Source: Alphaproteobacteria bacterium (GTDB lineage: Bacteria > Pseudomonadota > Alphaproteobacteria > SHVP01). Taken from it: a DNA stretch of 64,000 bases. The position numbers and the translations under genes were made by a program. The stretch is taken from the NCBI GenBank assembly GCA_040216735.1, contig JAVJOO010000002.1, positions 149,118-213,117 on the forward strand, written 5' to 3'. The first letter of the stretch is position 1. Every line of letters begins with the position of its first letter. This document shows positions 39,081 to 53,704 of the stretch, one piece after another. Under the pieces are notes generated by a model, which worked only from the letters and a program-made list of their open reading frames with translations, was not told the DNA's origin and made no database searches.

Positions 39081-39899
39081 TTACGCCGTGGACTGGGAGA
39101 CCCGGCGTGCCCGCCATTGCAAGACCCGGTACACGATGGAGGCGACTGCACTTTGCCACCAACCTTCCCGGCGCAACCCGAGGGCTTTGAAAGCCATGAC
39201 CACGCCCTTTTTGACATGGATCGGCCGGTACAATGACAACGCCCGGGCCGCGTAGGCGTCGGTCGCGGATTGACGGTTGTAGGGACCCGGCAAACGGTTT
39301 GCAGCGTGGTACGCGTAAGCCAGTTCGTCGTCCGTCGTTTCCAGCGTTCGAACGATCAAGATGCGGACCCTGGCCCAGAAACCAAGCCGTTCCTTGGACA
39401 TGTAGCGGTCCATGTGGCGCCGAAAGAGGCCATAGTGGCCAAATTCGTCGCGCGCAATGAGATCGCATACTTGACGCAGAACCGGTTCGTCGGAGGCGTC
39501 GCGGATCGAGCTATAAAAAGAACTCGTGCCGATCTCGACCATGCAGCGGGACAGGAGCTCCGCCGACCGCGTTCCACGAATCGACTCTTCGGCGTCCAGC
39601 GCGAGTGCATAGTTCGCCCGGAAGTCGGCAAACGATGCATCGAAGTCGAAGGTGGGGTCGGCGAGCTGCGCCCATTTTCCCAAGGCGCGGCCATGCTGAA
39701 TCTCTTCTTCGCCCCATATCCGGGCGGCTTGCTTGAACGGTTCGTCGTCGGAAAAGACATTGCACAGGTAGGCGACATAGTCCGCGCTGCGGTACTCGAC
39801 CATGCTGGCCGCGCGCACCACCTCAAGCAGCGTGGGATCGACCTTTGAGGGGTCGAAGCGGTCCCAGTCAATGTCCTCAAGTGTCCAGCTCATGCCCAT
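39081..39899 (-). CDS. Ferritin-like domain-containing protein
   Basis: 272 aa, helical composition with paired E...H motifs (EEIQHG; RDEFGHYG) suggestive of a di-iron ferritin-like fold. Confidence 0.6.
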   Translation of the reverse strand: MGMSWTLEDIDWDRFDPSKVDPTLLEVVRAASMVEYRSADYVAYLCNVFSDDEPFKQAARIWGEEEIQHGRALGKWAQLADPTFDFDASFADFRANYALALDAEESIRGTRSAELLSRCMVEIGTSSFYSSIRDASDEPVLRQVCDLIARDEFGHYGLFRRHMDRYMSKERLGFWARVRILIVRTLETTDDELAYAYHAANRLPGPYNRQSATDAYAARALSLYRPIHVKKGVVMAFKALGLRREGWWQSAVASIVYRVLQWRARRVSQSTA

Positions 39900-39971
39900 G
39901 CCTTTAGCCCCCTGCCGGCATAGCGTTTCCCGCCGATTTTAACGACTTTTCGAGGCGGCGTCAGCAGCGCA

Positions 39972-40373
39972 TTAGGCCACTACGTGGAGCATCTCCTTGA
40001 GCGTACCGAGGCGCAAGTCGATCAGGTGGCGCTCAAGGTCCGAACGCGCCTCTTTCACGTCTTCCTCGGCGTCCTTGATCCGCTGTTCCAGGTCGGCGCG
40101 CTTGAGATCGGCCACGGGCACGGCCTCTTCCGTCATGACGGCACACCGATCGCCGGTCACCTCGGCGAAACCGCCGTTGACAAAAATACGGCGCGATTCG
40201 GCGCCGGCGTTCTGCACCTCGAGGATACCCGGCCGGACGGTCGAAATCATCGGCTGATGCCCCGCCAGGACACCGAAGTCGCCCTCGCCGCCAGGAACGA
40301 CGACCATGTCGACGTCCTCTGAAATCAGCAGGCGGTCGGGCGAGACCAGTTCGAATGCGATCTTGTCGGCCAT
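39972..40373 (-). CDS. atpC: ATP synthase F1 epsilon subunit
   Basis: MADKIAFELVSPDRLLISEDVDMVVVPGGEGDFGVLAGHQP canonical. Confidence 0.9.
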   Translation of the reverse strand: MADKIAFELVSPDRLLISEDVDMVVVPGGEGDFGVLAGHQPMISTVRPGILEVQNAGAESRRIFVNGGFAEVTGDRCAVMTEEAVPVADLKRADLEQRIKDAEEDVKEARSDLERHLIDLRLGTLKEMLHVVA

Positions 40374-40382
40374 GGAACGTGC

Positions 40383-42715
<2,333 letters not shown>

Positions 42716-42726
42716 TGTTGCGCGTT

Positions 42727-44816
<2,090 letters not shown>

Positions 44817-45000
44817 TTGGGACGCCCCTCCGGCGCGGCTGCGGTCCGCTAACTTATTGTTTTTGTTCGCTCTTTTTGCGGCGAGAAAGGAGCTCCCAAC
44901 CGCCGTTTTCGGGCGCGATACCTAGCACACTGATTTCCCTCTGGCAACCGCCCGAGGGCGGCGCAAAGCCGCGGAAAACCTCGAAAATTCGCCCGCGACC

Positions 45001-47202
45001 TCAAAGAAATGAGTAGGGATCGACATCGACGGCAACCCGTACGGCACCCGGCACCCGCACCCGGGCCAGCCACTCGCGGACAATCGGCTGGACCGCGACG
45101 CTTTTCTCGGCCTTCAGCAACAACCGGAAGCGAAAGCGGCCGCGCAGAAGAGCAAGGGGTGCCGGTGCCGGCCCGAGCACCCGCACCTGGTCGAAATGGG
45201 GGGCCGCCCGGCGCAGCGCTGCCGCGACCTGGCGCGCGGCATCCTCCGCACGGCTCGACACGATCAACGCGACCAACCGCCCAAACGGCGGCATGCCGTG
45301 GGCCCTGCGCGCATCGAGCTCGCGGCGAACGAAATCGTCGCGCTTGCCCGCCGCCAGCGCGGCAAGTACCGGGTGTTCGGGCAAATGGGATTGCAGGAAG
45401 ACCTTGCCGGGATCGCGTTCCCGTCCTGCCCGGCCGGAGACCTGGGACAAGAGTTGGTAGGTTCTCTCGGCCGCCCGGAGATCGCCGCCCGCAAGGCCCA
45501 AATCCGCATCGATCACGCCGACCAACGTCAGAAGCGGAAAATGGAAACCCTTGGCAATAACCTGGGTCCCGATCAGCAAATCGATTTCGTGGTCTTCGAT
45601 CGCCTTGACCATCGCCGCCGCGCGGGCCGGACCGGTCAACGTATCGCTGGTTAAGACGGCGACGCGCGCTTCGGGAATGCGCGCTGCGACCTCCTCGGCC
45701 AAGCGTTCGACGCCGGGGCCGCAGGCGGCAAACTTGCCGACCGCCTCGCACGAGGGACAGGCAGTAGGCACGGCCATCCCAAAGTCGCAGTGGTGGCATT
45801 GCAATCGCCCCCGGTGGCGATGTTCCACCAGCCACGATTGGCAATTCGGGCATTGGAATCGGTGACCACAGGCACGGCACAGGGTCAGCGGCGCATACCC
45901 ACGCCGGTTCAAGAACAGGAGCGCCTGCCGACCGGCCCCGATGGTTTGATGGACCGCGTCTTCGAGCGCACCGGACAGCCACCGGCCGGCCGGCAGCGAC
46001 TCTTGCCGCATATCGACGATGGCAAGCTCAGGGAGCTCCGCCGGTCCATGTCTTTCCGGCAACTGGAGATGCCCGAACTTGTTGGTCTCCGCGTTCACGG
46101 CTGTTTCCAGCGACGGGGTCGCCGAAACCAAGACAACCGGGCACCGCTCGAACTGGGCGCGGACGACCGCCATGTCGCGCGCGTTGTAGGCCACGCCCTC
46201 CTCTTGCTTGAAGGACGAGTCGTGCTCCTCATCGACGATCACGAGGCCAAGGTCGTGGAACGGCAAAAAAAGAGCCGAACGCGCGCCCACGACGACCGGC
46301 ACCCGCCCCTCGGAGACCGCCCGCCAGACGCGGCGGCGTTCGCGTTGCGATAGATCCGAATGCCACATCGCGGGCTGGACGCCAAACCGCTCGACGAAGC
46401 GGTCGAGCCACTGCGATGTGAGCGCGATTTCGGGCAGGAGCACCAGGATCGGCCGTCCTTCGCGGATCGCTTGGGCGACGGCCTCGAAATAGACGGATGT
46501 CTTGCCCGACCCCGTCACCCCTTCGAGCAGGACCGGCGCGAACGCCCGCGCCGCGACCTTCGCGACAAGATCGGCGGCTGCGGCGGCTTGGTCGGAAGAT
46601 AGGATCTGTTGGCCGGCATCGGGATTTGGACGATCGAACGGCGCTTCGGCCGGTACCGCACGCCCCTCGAGCGCACCAAGTTCCGCAAGGGCGCGAACGA
46701 CACCGGCACTCACGGCAGCTTGCTCGGCGAGTTCGGCGGCGCGGCGCGGCACCTTGTCCGCAGCGACCGCAAGCACCCGCTTGCGTGCCGGGGTCATCCT
46801 TTCCGGCGGCGCCGCGCCGGCGACAAACACCGTTTCCATCGGCACCGGCGTCAGCGCCTCGGGGACGGAGATCGCCATCCGCAAGACACTGCCGGGCGCC
46901 GATACTGTGTAGGCCGCGACCCAATCGATGAGACGGCGCAGGTTCACCGGCAGCGGACGGGCGGAGAGGACTGCATGGACGGGCTTGAGTTTCGACGCAT
47001 CGACGGGCGAGCCGGGCAACGCCTCCCCGTCCCAGACGACACCCGTGACCTCCCGATTGCCTAATGGAACCCGAACGATCGCGCCCGGCGGAGCTTGCAT
47101 GTTCGGCGGCAGCACATAGTCGTAGGGCGCCCCCAGGGGCAACGGCACCAAAACCTTGACGCGTTGTCGACTGTCGCCAGAACTGGCACCGGATTCATGC
47201 AT
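45001..47202 (-). CDS. priA: Primosomal protein N' (replication restart helicase)
   Basis: ATG at 47202; Walker A GVTGSGKT, DEEH box, Zn-finger cysteines (CRACGHRFQCPNCQSWLVEHR...CHHCDF). Confidence 0.88.
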   Translation of the reverse strand: MHESGASSGDSRQRVKVLVPLPLGAPYDYVLPPNMQAPPGAIVRVPLGNREVTGVVWDGEALPGSPVDASKLKPVHAVLSARPLPVNLRRLIDWVAAYTVSAPGSVLRMAISVPEALTPVPMETVFVAGAAPPERMTPARKRVLAVAADKVPRRAAELAEQAAVSAGVVRALAELGALEGRAVPAEAPFDRPNPDAGQQILSSDQAAAAADLVAKVAARAFAPVLLEGVTGSGKTSVYFEAVAQAIREGRPILVLLPEIALTSQWLDRFVERFGVQPAMWHSDLSQRERRRVWRAVSEGRVPVVVGARSALFLPFHDLGLVIVDEEHDSSFKQEEGVAYNARDMAVVRAQFERCPVVLVSATPSLETAVNAETNKFGHLQLPERHGPAELPELAIVDMRQESLPAGRWLSGALEDAVHQTIGAGRQALLFLNRRGYAPLTLCRACGHRFQCPNCQSWLVEHRHRGRLQCHHCDFGMAVPTACPSCEAVGKFAACGPGVERLAEEVAARIPEARVAVLTSDTLTGPARAAAMVKAIEDHEIDLLIGTQVIAKGFHFPLLTLVGVIDADLGLAGGDLRAAERTYQLLSQVSGRAGRERDPGKVFLQSHLPEHPVLAALAAGKRDDFVRRELDARRAHGMPPFGRLVALIVSSRAEDAARQVAAALRRAAPHFDQVRVLGPAPAPLALLRGRFRFRLLLKAEKSVAVQPIVREWLARVRVPGAVRVAVDVDPYSFL

Positions 47203-47279
47203 GCGATACACTTTGACAGGCGCGCAAAGTGACGCCAATGAGGCAGTAGGACGCGCCCAGCAAGACGAATAAGGGTTCA

Positions 47280-47933
47280 ATGCAGTTTTTCGTGGACACC
47301 GCCGACATCGACGACATTCGCGATCTGGCGGCGACAGGTCTCCTGGACGGCGTAACGACCAACCCGTCCCTGGTTGCTAAAAGCGGCCGCGATTTCTTCG
47401 ATGTCCTTAAGGATATCTGTGCGGTCGTCGACGGACCGGTAAGCGCCGAGGTGACCGCCACCGACCATCGGGAAATGGTGACCCAGGGCCGCAAGTTGGT
47501 GGCCCTGGCCAAGAACATCGCCGTCAAAGTGCCGCTCACCTGGGACGGCCTCAAAGCCTGCCGTGCCCTGCGCGACGACGGCACGATGGTGAACGTCACT
47601 CTGTGCTTTTCGGTCAACCAGGCGATTCTCGCGGCCAAAGCCGGTGCGACGTTCGTCTCGCCCTTCGTCGGACGTCTAGACGATATCGGCCAAGATGGCA
47701 TGCAACTGATTCAGGATATTCGAACCGTTTACGACAACTACCCCGCGTTGGAGACCAAGATCCTTGTCGCCTCGATCCGTCACCCGACCCACGTGCTTCA
47801 ATCGGCCATGATCGGGGCCGACGTGTGCACGGTCCCTCCGGACACGCTGCGGAAACTGGCGCAACATCCTTTGACCGACAAGGGCCTCGCGGCGTTTCTC
47901 GCCGACTGGCAGTCGACAGGACAGGACATTTAG
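47280..47933 (+). CDS. tal: Transaldolase, fructose-6-phosphate aldolase-type (Tal_FSA)
   Basis: [15 protein letters not shown]...GVTTNPSL; 217 aa short-type transaldolase. Confidence 0.88.
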   Translation: MQFFVDTADIDDIRDLAATGLLDGVTTNPSLVAKSGRDFFDVLKDICAVVDGPVSAEVTATDHREMVTQGRKLVALAKNIAVKVPLTWDGLKACRALRDDGTMVNVTLCFSVNQAILAAKAGATFVSPFVGRLDDIGQDGMQLIQDIRTVYDNYPALETKILVASIRHPTHVLQSAMIGADVCTVPPDTLRKLAQHPLTDKGLAAFLADWQSTGQDI

Positions 47934-47942
47934 GGTGGCCCG

Positions 47943-48641
47943 GTGAGCAAATCCGACACGCGTGCAGCCGACAAACTGCGCCCGCTCAACGCAAAGAATG
48001 TCGTGGAGTTTCTGAGTGCACACCCGTCGTTTTTGATCGACCACCCGGAGTTGATCGGCGTTCTCGCGCCGCCGTCGCGCGGCGAATCGGACGGGGTGCT
48101 CGATATGCAGCAATTCATGATCGAGCGCTTGCAGGCTGAACTCAACGAAGTTCGCTCGAGCCAGCGGGAGTTGCTATCGGCAAGTCGAGTCAACCTCTCC
48201 AGCCAGGAGCGTATTCATGCCGCGGTTTTGGCGGTCATCGAAGCACGCACCCTCGAAGATATCGGTCGAATCGTGGCAGAAGACTATCGCTCGATCCTTG
48301 ACGTTTCGACGTCCGCGCTATGCTTCGAAGAACCCGGCCAGAGTACATTGCGCAATCTCGTATCGCTGAAGCCGGGCATGATTCGCGACATCATCGGCGA
48401 TCGCAGCATTCTGCTGCGGCACGACATCGCCGGCGACGCGCGCCTTTACGGCGAGGACGCCGCCAAGGTGCGCTCCGATGCGCTGGTCTATCTCGACGTG
48501 GGCAAGGACGGTCCGAACGGGCTCCTCGCCCTCGGTAGCCACGAGCCAGATCGCTTCCACCCCGGACAAGGAACCGAGTTGCTCGGGTTCATGGCACGGG
48601 CGATCACCGGCTCGCTACGCGCCGGACTCAATGCCGCATAG
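47943..48641 (+). CDS. DUF484 family protein
   Basis: 232 aa; sequence resembles the DUF484 family (from memory); conserved position immediately upstream of xerC, overlapping its start. Confidence 0.7.
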   Translation: MSKSDTRAADKLRPLNAKNVVEFLSAHPSFLIDHPELIGVLAPPSRGESDGVLDMQQFMIERLQAELNEVRSSQRELLSASRVNLSSQERIHAAVLAVIEARTLEDIGRIVAEDYRSILDVSTSALCFEEPGQSTLRNLVSLKPGMIRDIIGDRSILLRHDIAGDARLYGEDAAKVRSDALVYLDVGKDGPNGLLALGSHEPDRFHPGQGTELLGFMARAITGSLRAGLNAA

Positions 48642-49596
48642 CGCTGCCGCGCGCCCCGAAGTAGCGGCGCTCGCCGCGCAACCCGACGCCGCCGACGCTG
48701 TCCGCGATTTTCTAGGCGCCCTCGAGAACGAGCGAAACTACTCGCCACATACTATCGCGGCGTACCAACGCGACCTCGCAGGCTTTTTCGCTTTCGCCCA
48801 GGACCACCGCGGCGAACCGGTCGGGTTGCTAGATCTCTCTACATTCACCGTTTCGGATTTCCGGAGTTACCTTGCCAAACGGCGTAACGACGGCATCACG
48901 GGCACCTCGCTCGGACGGGCGTTATCGGCCCTGCGGAGTTTTTTTCATCACCTCGACACACAGGGGCGCGTATCCAATCAGGCGATCCGCCTCGTAAAAC
49001 GCCCAAAAACGCCGCACGCCGTCCCCAAACCGTTAAGCAAAGAGGCGGCGCGCGACAGTATCGATACGGTAGAGGCCCTCGACGCCCTGCCTTGGGTTGC
49101 GGCGCGCGATGCCGCGATCCTGACCCTGCTCTATGGATGTGGGCTGCGCATTTCCGAGGCGCTTGGCCTAGCGCGTCGCGACGCACCGCTACGCGATGCA
49201 CTCCGCATCGTCGGTAAGGGCCAAAAGGAGCGGGTCGTTCCCGTCCTGCCGATCGTTGCCGATGCTGTCGACCGCTACGTCGCGTTGTGTCCGTTTGCAC
49301 TCGAGGGAGCGGGCCCGCTCTTTGTCGGGGTCCGGGGCAAGCGGTTGAATGCCGGCGTCGTTCAGCGGCAAATGCGCCACGCACGTATCGCACTCGGGCT
49401 CCCGGAGACGGCGACGCCCCATGCGCTTCGCCATAGCTTTGCGACCCACCTACTTTCGGGCGGCGGCGACCTGCGGAGTATTCAAGAATTGTTGGGCCAT
49501 GCCTCGCTGTCGACGACGCAACGCTATACCGAGGTCGACACAGACCAGCTCAAGCGCGTTTACGAGCAAGCCCATCCACGGGCGAAGGTAGGCTGA
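48631..49596 (+). CDS. xerC: Tyrosine recombinase XerC
   Basis: ATG at 48631; N-terminal phage-integrase SAM-like domain (ERNYSPHTIAAYQRDL); catalytic R..HxxR..Y (HALRHSFATHLL...LGHASLSTTQRYT). Confidence 0.85.
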   Translation: MPHSAAARPEVAALAAQPDAADAVRDFLGALENERNYSPHTIAAYQRDLAGFFAFAQDHRGEPVGLLDLSTFTVSDFRSYLAKRRNDGITGTSLGRALSALRSFFHHLDTQGRVSNQAIRLVKRPKTPHAVPKPLSKEAARDSIDTVEALDALPWVAARDAAILTLLYGCGLRISEALGLARRDAPLRDALRIVGKGQKERVVPVLPIVADAVDRYVALCPFALEGAGPLFVGVRGKRLNAGVVQRQMRHARIALGLPETATPHALRHSFATHLLSGGGDLRSIQELLGHASLSTTQRYTEVDTDQLKRVYEQAHPRAKVG

Positions 49597-49599
49597 GCG

Positions 49600-50589
49600 C
49601 TAATCTTGAGTAGGATTTTTCTGCTCTTCAAGGGCAATCCCTGGCGAAAGCGCCGGCAGAGTCTCGCGAAGCCAGACCGTGGCCGCTCGATCGCCGTTGA
49701 CGAAGGAATCGAGAAACGCGGTGGTGATCGCGCGGATCAAGTCGTGGTGGCGCGGATCGGTGGACTTAGGTGCCCGCCGCGCACCGCTGAAGACCATGTG
49801 GTCCCCACCCTCCAGAATGACGAGAAATTTTGGGGCTTGGCGAATTAGGTCGTAGGCCCGGCGCCGCTCGGACGGCTCCAGGTCGCTCACGACACCCGCG
49901 TCTTCGGTCCCCGTCATAAGGAGAGCCGGGATCCTCACGCCCGAGAAGGACTCTTCTTGCTGCGCCCGAAAGGCGGTCGGGCTGAGGGCGATCGTGGCGA
50001 TCAGTCGGTCGTCGCCAAAATTGACCGGTCCACCGGGCAGATCGAACGTCACCCCGGCGGCGGCGAGCGCCGTGAACGCACCGAACGAATGACCCGCCAC
50101 CGCAAGGCGCTGTGGATCGACGGCATAACGCCAGCCGCCAATATCCAGCGGTTGGGCCAATAGGCGATCTACCGCAAAGTGAACATCTTGCGGACGGTCG
50201 ATCGCGGCTTGGCGGTCGGCAACGGCGCGCCTGATCGCTTGCATTGCGGCTGCTTGTGAAAGGCCGCGCCAGATCTCGGCATCGCTTCCGGCATGTTGTA
50301 GATGAACGACGGCATACCCATAGCTGGCCCAATGACGTCCGAGGTAGGCAAGACCCTCGCGCGAACCGCCGGCACCGTGCGAGACGATCACGGTCGGCAA
50401 CGGTCCAGTACCGGTCTCGGGCACGTAGATCTTGACGGGGACGACACGGTCTCGCGTGTCGTCACGCCACTCGAGCGTCGCCTCCAACACCCGGTTTGGC
50501 CCACTCACGGCTTTGTAAATACCGTCGGCACGGGCGCCTGCCGACATCGACAGCAGCGCCAAACAAACGGCGAAGGCCCATTTCATCAT
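49600..50589 (-). CDS. Secreted alpha/beta hydrolase (dienelactone hydrolase / PAF-acetylhydrolase-like)
   Basis: Signal peptide MMKWAFAVCLALLSMSAGARA; nucleophile elbow GHSFG; HGAGG oxyanion-like motif. Confidence 0.7.
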   Translation of the reverse strand: MMKWAFAVCLALLSMSAGARADGIYKAVSGPNRVLEATLEWRDDTRDRVVPVKIYVPETGTGPLPTVIVSHGAGGSREGLAYLGRHWASYGYAVVHLQHAGSDAEIWRGLSQAAAMQAIRRAVADRQAAIDRPQDVHFAVDRLLAQPLDIGGWRYAVDPQRLAVAGHSFGAFTALAAAGVTFDLPGGPVNFGDDRLIATIALSPTAFRAQQEESFSGVRIPALLMTGTEDAGVVSDLEPSERRRAYDLIRQAPKFLVILEGGDHMVFSGARRAPKSTDPRHHDLIRAITTAFLDSFVNGDRAATVWLRETLPALSPGIALEEQKNPTQD

Positions 50590-50635
50590 GGCCCTTTACA
50601 CGCAGGACCAAGGCGAGTCCGTCGGGTCGACTAAG

Positions 50636-52042
50636 TCAAATGTGGATGGCGTGTCCGGCGACGGCTAGCGCCGCCTCCTTCATCCCTTCGGAAAGGGTGG
50701 GATGGGCATGGCAGGTGGCCGCAATGTCTTCGGCGGAACCGCCGAATTCCATGCACAGGACCGCTTCGTGGATCAACGTACCGGCGTCCGGGCCGATGAT
50801 ATGGACCCCAAGCACGGCGTCGGTCTTTGCATCCGCCAAGATTTTGATAAATCCGTCGGCAGCGCCGCTGACTTTGGCGCGGGGCACGGCGGTGAATGGA
50901 AATTTGCCAATCTTGTAGTCGACACCGGCTTTCTTGAGATCTTCTTCGGAGCGGCCGACCGTGGCTACCTCAGGGCTCGTGTAGACCACCCCTGGAACCT
51001 TGCCGTAATCGATATGGGCATGGCGGCCATGCAGCATTTCGACGCAGACCACGCCGTCCTCGGATGCCTTGTGCGCGAGCATTGGCCCCCGGATCACGTC
51101 GCCGATGGCGTAGATACCATCGACCGAGGTTTTGTAGGCGGCGTCTACGTCGATGAAACCTTGGGCGTCCCGTTTCACCCCGACGCCGTCGAGGCCGAGG
51201 CCGTCGGTGTAGGGCTTGCGCCCGATCGACACCAGTACGACATCGGCCTTCAGGTCTTCCGATTCGCCACCCTTAGCCGGCGCGACACTCAATGTCACAG
51301 ACGATTTCGACGCCTTGGCGCCGGTGACCTTGCTACCCAAACGAAACTTAAGACCTTGTTTGGTGAGGATGCGCTGGAGGTGCTTGGCAACCTCGCCGTC
51401 CATGCCCGGGACTATTCGGTCCAAATACTCGACAACCGTGACCGCCGCGCCCAACCGGCTCCACACCGAACCCATTTCCAGTCCGATGTAGCCGCCCCCG
51501 ACGACGATCATCGTTTTGGGAACTTGCGAAAGCGCCAATGCGCCGGTCGAGGACACGACTTGCTTTTCGTCGATTTCCACACCGGGCAGCGGTGTCACCG
51601 ACGACCCCGTCGCAACGATAATGGTCTTGGTGCTAAGCGTTGATTTCCCGTTTGCGCCCACGACGGTCACCTTGCCAGGGCCTGCGATCGAGCCGACGCC
51701 GACGATGTTGTCGACCTTGTTCTTCTTCAACAGAAAGGCGATGCCCTTCGTCAGGTCTTCGACGACCTTGTCCTTCCGGCCGAGCATTTTGGCAAGATCG
51801 AGCGTGACATCGCGCGTTCCGATCCCGTGCACGTCGAGCCCATGCTGCGCTTCGGCGAAAAGTTCGGAGCTCTGCAACAGCGCCTTGGACGGAATGCAGC
51901 CGACGTTGAGGCAGGTACCCCCGAGCCGGTCGCGGCTCTCGACGCAGGCGACCTTGCTGCCCATTTGGGCGGCCCGAATCGCGGCAACGTAGCCGCCGGG
52001 GCCGCCGCCGATAATGACAATGTCATAGCTCGCGTCTGCCAT
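50636..52042 (-). CDS. lpdA: Dihydrolipoyl dehydrogenase (E3)
   Basis: FAD motif IIGGGPGGYVAAI; redox disulfide GGTCLNVGCIPSK. Confidence 0.93.
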   Translation of the reverse strand: MADASYDIVIIGGGPGGYVAAIRAAQMGSKVACVESRDRLGGTCLNVGCIPSKALLQSSELFAEAQHGLDVHGIGTRDVTLDLAKMLGRKDKVVEDLTKGIAFLLKKNKVDNIVGVGSIAGPGKVTVVGANGKSTLSTKTIIVATGSSVTPLPGVEIDEKQVVSSTGALALSQVPKTMIVVGGGYIGLEMGSVWSRLGAAVTVVEYLDRIVPGMDGEVAKHLQRILTKQGLKFRLGSKVTGAKASKSSVTLSVAPAKGGESEDLKADVVLVSIGRKPYTDGLGLDGVGVKRDAQGFIDVDAAYKTSVDGIYAIGDVIRGPMLAHKASEDGVVCVEMLHGRHAHIDYGKVPGVVYTSPEVATVGRSEEDLKKAGVDYKIGKFPFTAVPRAKVSGAADGFIKILADAKTDAVLGVHIIGPDAGTLIHEAVLCMEFGGSAEDIAATCHAHPTLSEGMKEAALAVAGHAIHI

Positions 52043-52055
52043 GCCGCACTTCCCG

Positions 52056-52481
52056 TTAAGTTTGCCTCTCCCACACCAACACGCCGGCGCTTTCGCCGCC
52101 GCCGGCCTTTTCAGGGTCGGTGGAGAGGGTCATTCGATTGCCCGCCAAGTCGATCTTTCTGCGCAGTTCGCGGCCCACCCAATTCGGAAAAAAACTGCTT
52201 TCCGGATAATGCAGAACAACCTCGCCGCGCCGTTCGTAGCGCCCCGCGTAGGCAACGAAATGCGTAGCCGCCCGCAAACGTTCGTCGGGGGTGCCGTAAA
52301 TATCGCCGGATTCGAACGCCTGCCGCCCACCCGGCATCAGAATGGCCTGCATGTAGCCGTCAGATGTATAGGTGAGAAACCCGGACGGAGCATCGCCCAT
52401 CGGTTGGGTGATCGCGCCGTCGGGTCCATGGCGTTCCACGGAAATCAATTTCCAGGTTCCAACAAGGGGTTCGGCAGTCAC
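52056..52481 (-). CDS. Lipocalin-like domain protein (small ORF between sucB and lpdA)
   Basis: 141 aa starting GTWKLIS, typical of lipocalin-like/META-type beta-barrel domains; same strand, 13-21 nt gaps to neighbours. Confidence 0.55.
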   Translation of the reverse strand: MTAEPLVGTWKLISVERHGPDGAITQPMGDAPSGFLTYTSDGYMQAILMPGGRQAFESGDIYGTPDERLRAATHFVAYAGRYERRGEVVLHYPESSFFPNWVGRELRRKIDLAGNRMTLSTDPEKAGGGESAGVLVWERQT

Positions 52482-52502
52482 AGCAATAACCGGCGCGCGG
52501 CG

Positions 52503-53693
52503 CTACATGTCCAGGAGAATGCGCTGCGGATCCTCAATGCATTCTTTGACGCGCACGAGGAACATAACCGCTTCGCGCCCATCGACGATTCTGTGGTCGT
52601 ACGAAAGCGCGAGATACATCATCGGGCGAACGACGACGGCATCGTCGACAACTACGGGACGCTTTTCGATTTTATGCATCCCGAGAATGGCCGATTGCGG
52701 CGGATTGAGGATCGGCGTCGACAACAACGACCCGAAAACGCCACCGTTCGAAATCGTGAAGGTGCCGCCGGTCAGATCCTCGATCGCCAGCTTTCCGTCC
52801 CGCGCCTGCCGCCCATAATCGGCGATCGATTTCTCGACGCCGGCAAACGACATCTCGTCGACGTCGCGCAATACCGGGACGACAAGTCCCTGGGGTGCGG
52901 ATACCGCCACCCCGATATCGTAATAGTTCTTGAAGACGATCTCGTCGCCGTCGATCTCGCCGTTGACCGAGGGGATTTCGCGCAGGGCTACGACGCTCGC
53001 CTTGGCAAAGAACGACATGAAGCCCAGCCGTACGCCATGCTTCTTTTCGAATGTGTCCCGGTAGTCGGACCGGAGTTTCAACAGCGCACTCATGTCGACT
53101 TCGTTGAACGTCGTGAGCATCGCCGCCGTGTTTTGCGCTTCTTTGAGGCGCTGGGCGATGCGCTGGCGCAGGCGGCTCATCCGCACGCGCTCTTCGCGTG
53201 GACCCCGCGCCGACGCCTTTGAAGCGCCGCCTTCGACATGGGCGATCATGTCGCCTTTGGTAACCCGGCCACCTTTGCCAGTTCCCGCGACGGTGGCGGG
53301 ATCGATTCCGGTTTCAGCGGCAATCCGCCGTACCGACGGGGCTTGGCCCGCGGCAGGCGCCGCCGCCTGGGCGGGCGGCACTGCCGACGCCTTGGCCGGC
53401 GCAGGCGTCGGCGCGGCCTTTGCTGCAGGTGCCGGCTTGGAGGCGGCCGGTCCGGCGCCTTCGGTGATCGCGCCCAGGAGGGCCCCGACTTCGACGTTCG
53501 TGCCCTCGGCGGCGACAATCTCACTAAGCGTGCCTGCGGTGGCAGCCGGGACTTCGACGGTTACCTTGTCGGTCTCGAGTTCGACCAACGGCTCGTCGGC
53601 CGCGACGGCATCGCCGACGGCCTTGTACCACCGTGCGACGGTCGCTTCGCTTACCGATTCGCCCAATGCGGGCACTTTGATTTCGACTGTCAT
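52503..53693 (-). CDS. sucB: 2-oxoglutarate dehydrogenase E2 (dihydrolipoyllysine-residue succinyltransferase)
   Basis: Lipoyl domain ...[10 protein letters not shown]..., Ala/Pro linker, catalytic DHRIVDG motif. Confidence 0.9.
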   Translation of the reverse strand: MTVEIKVPALGESVSEATVARWYKAVGDAVAADEPLVELETDKVTVEVPAATAGTLSEIVAAEGTNVEVGALLGAITEGAGPAASKPAPAAKAAPTPAPAKASAVPPAQAAAPAAGQAPSVRRIAAETGIDPATVAGTGKGGRVTKGDMIAHVEGGASKASARGPREERVRMSRLRQRIAQRLKEAQNTAAMLTTFNEVDMSALLKLRSDYRDTFEKKHGVRLGFMSFFAKASVVALREIPSVNGEIDGDEIVFKNYYDIGVAVSAPQGLVVPVLRDVDEMSFAGVEKSIADYGRQARDGKLAIEDLTGGTFTISNGGVFGSLLSTPILNPPQSAILGMHKIEKRPVVVDDAVVVRPMMYLALSYDHRIVDGREAVMFLVRVKECIEDPQRILLDM

Positions 53694-53704
53694 GGGTGAC
53701 CCAC

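Noticed and set aside
48631-49596. Tyrosine recombinase considered as possible mobile-element integrase
   Set aside because: Preceded by DUF484 gene with overlapping start, the conserved chromosomal xerC arrangement. No flanking repeats, phage or IS genes
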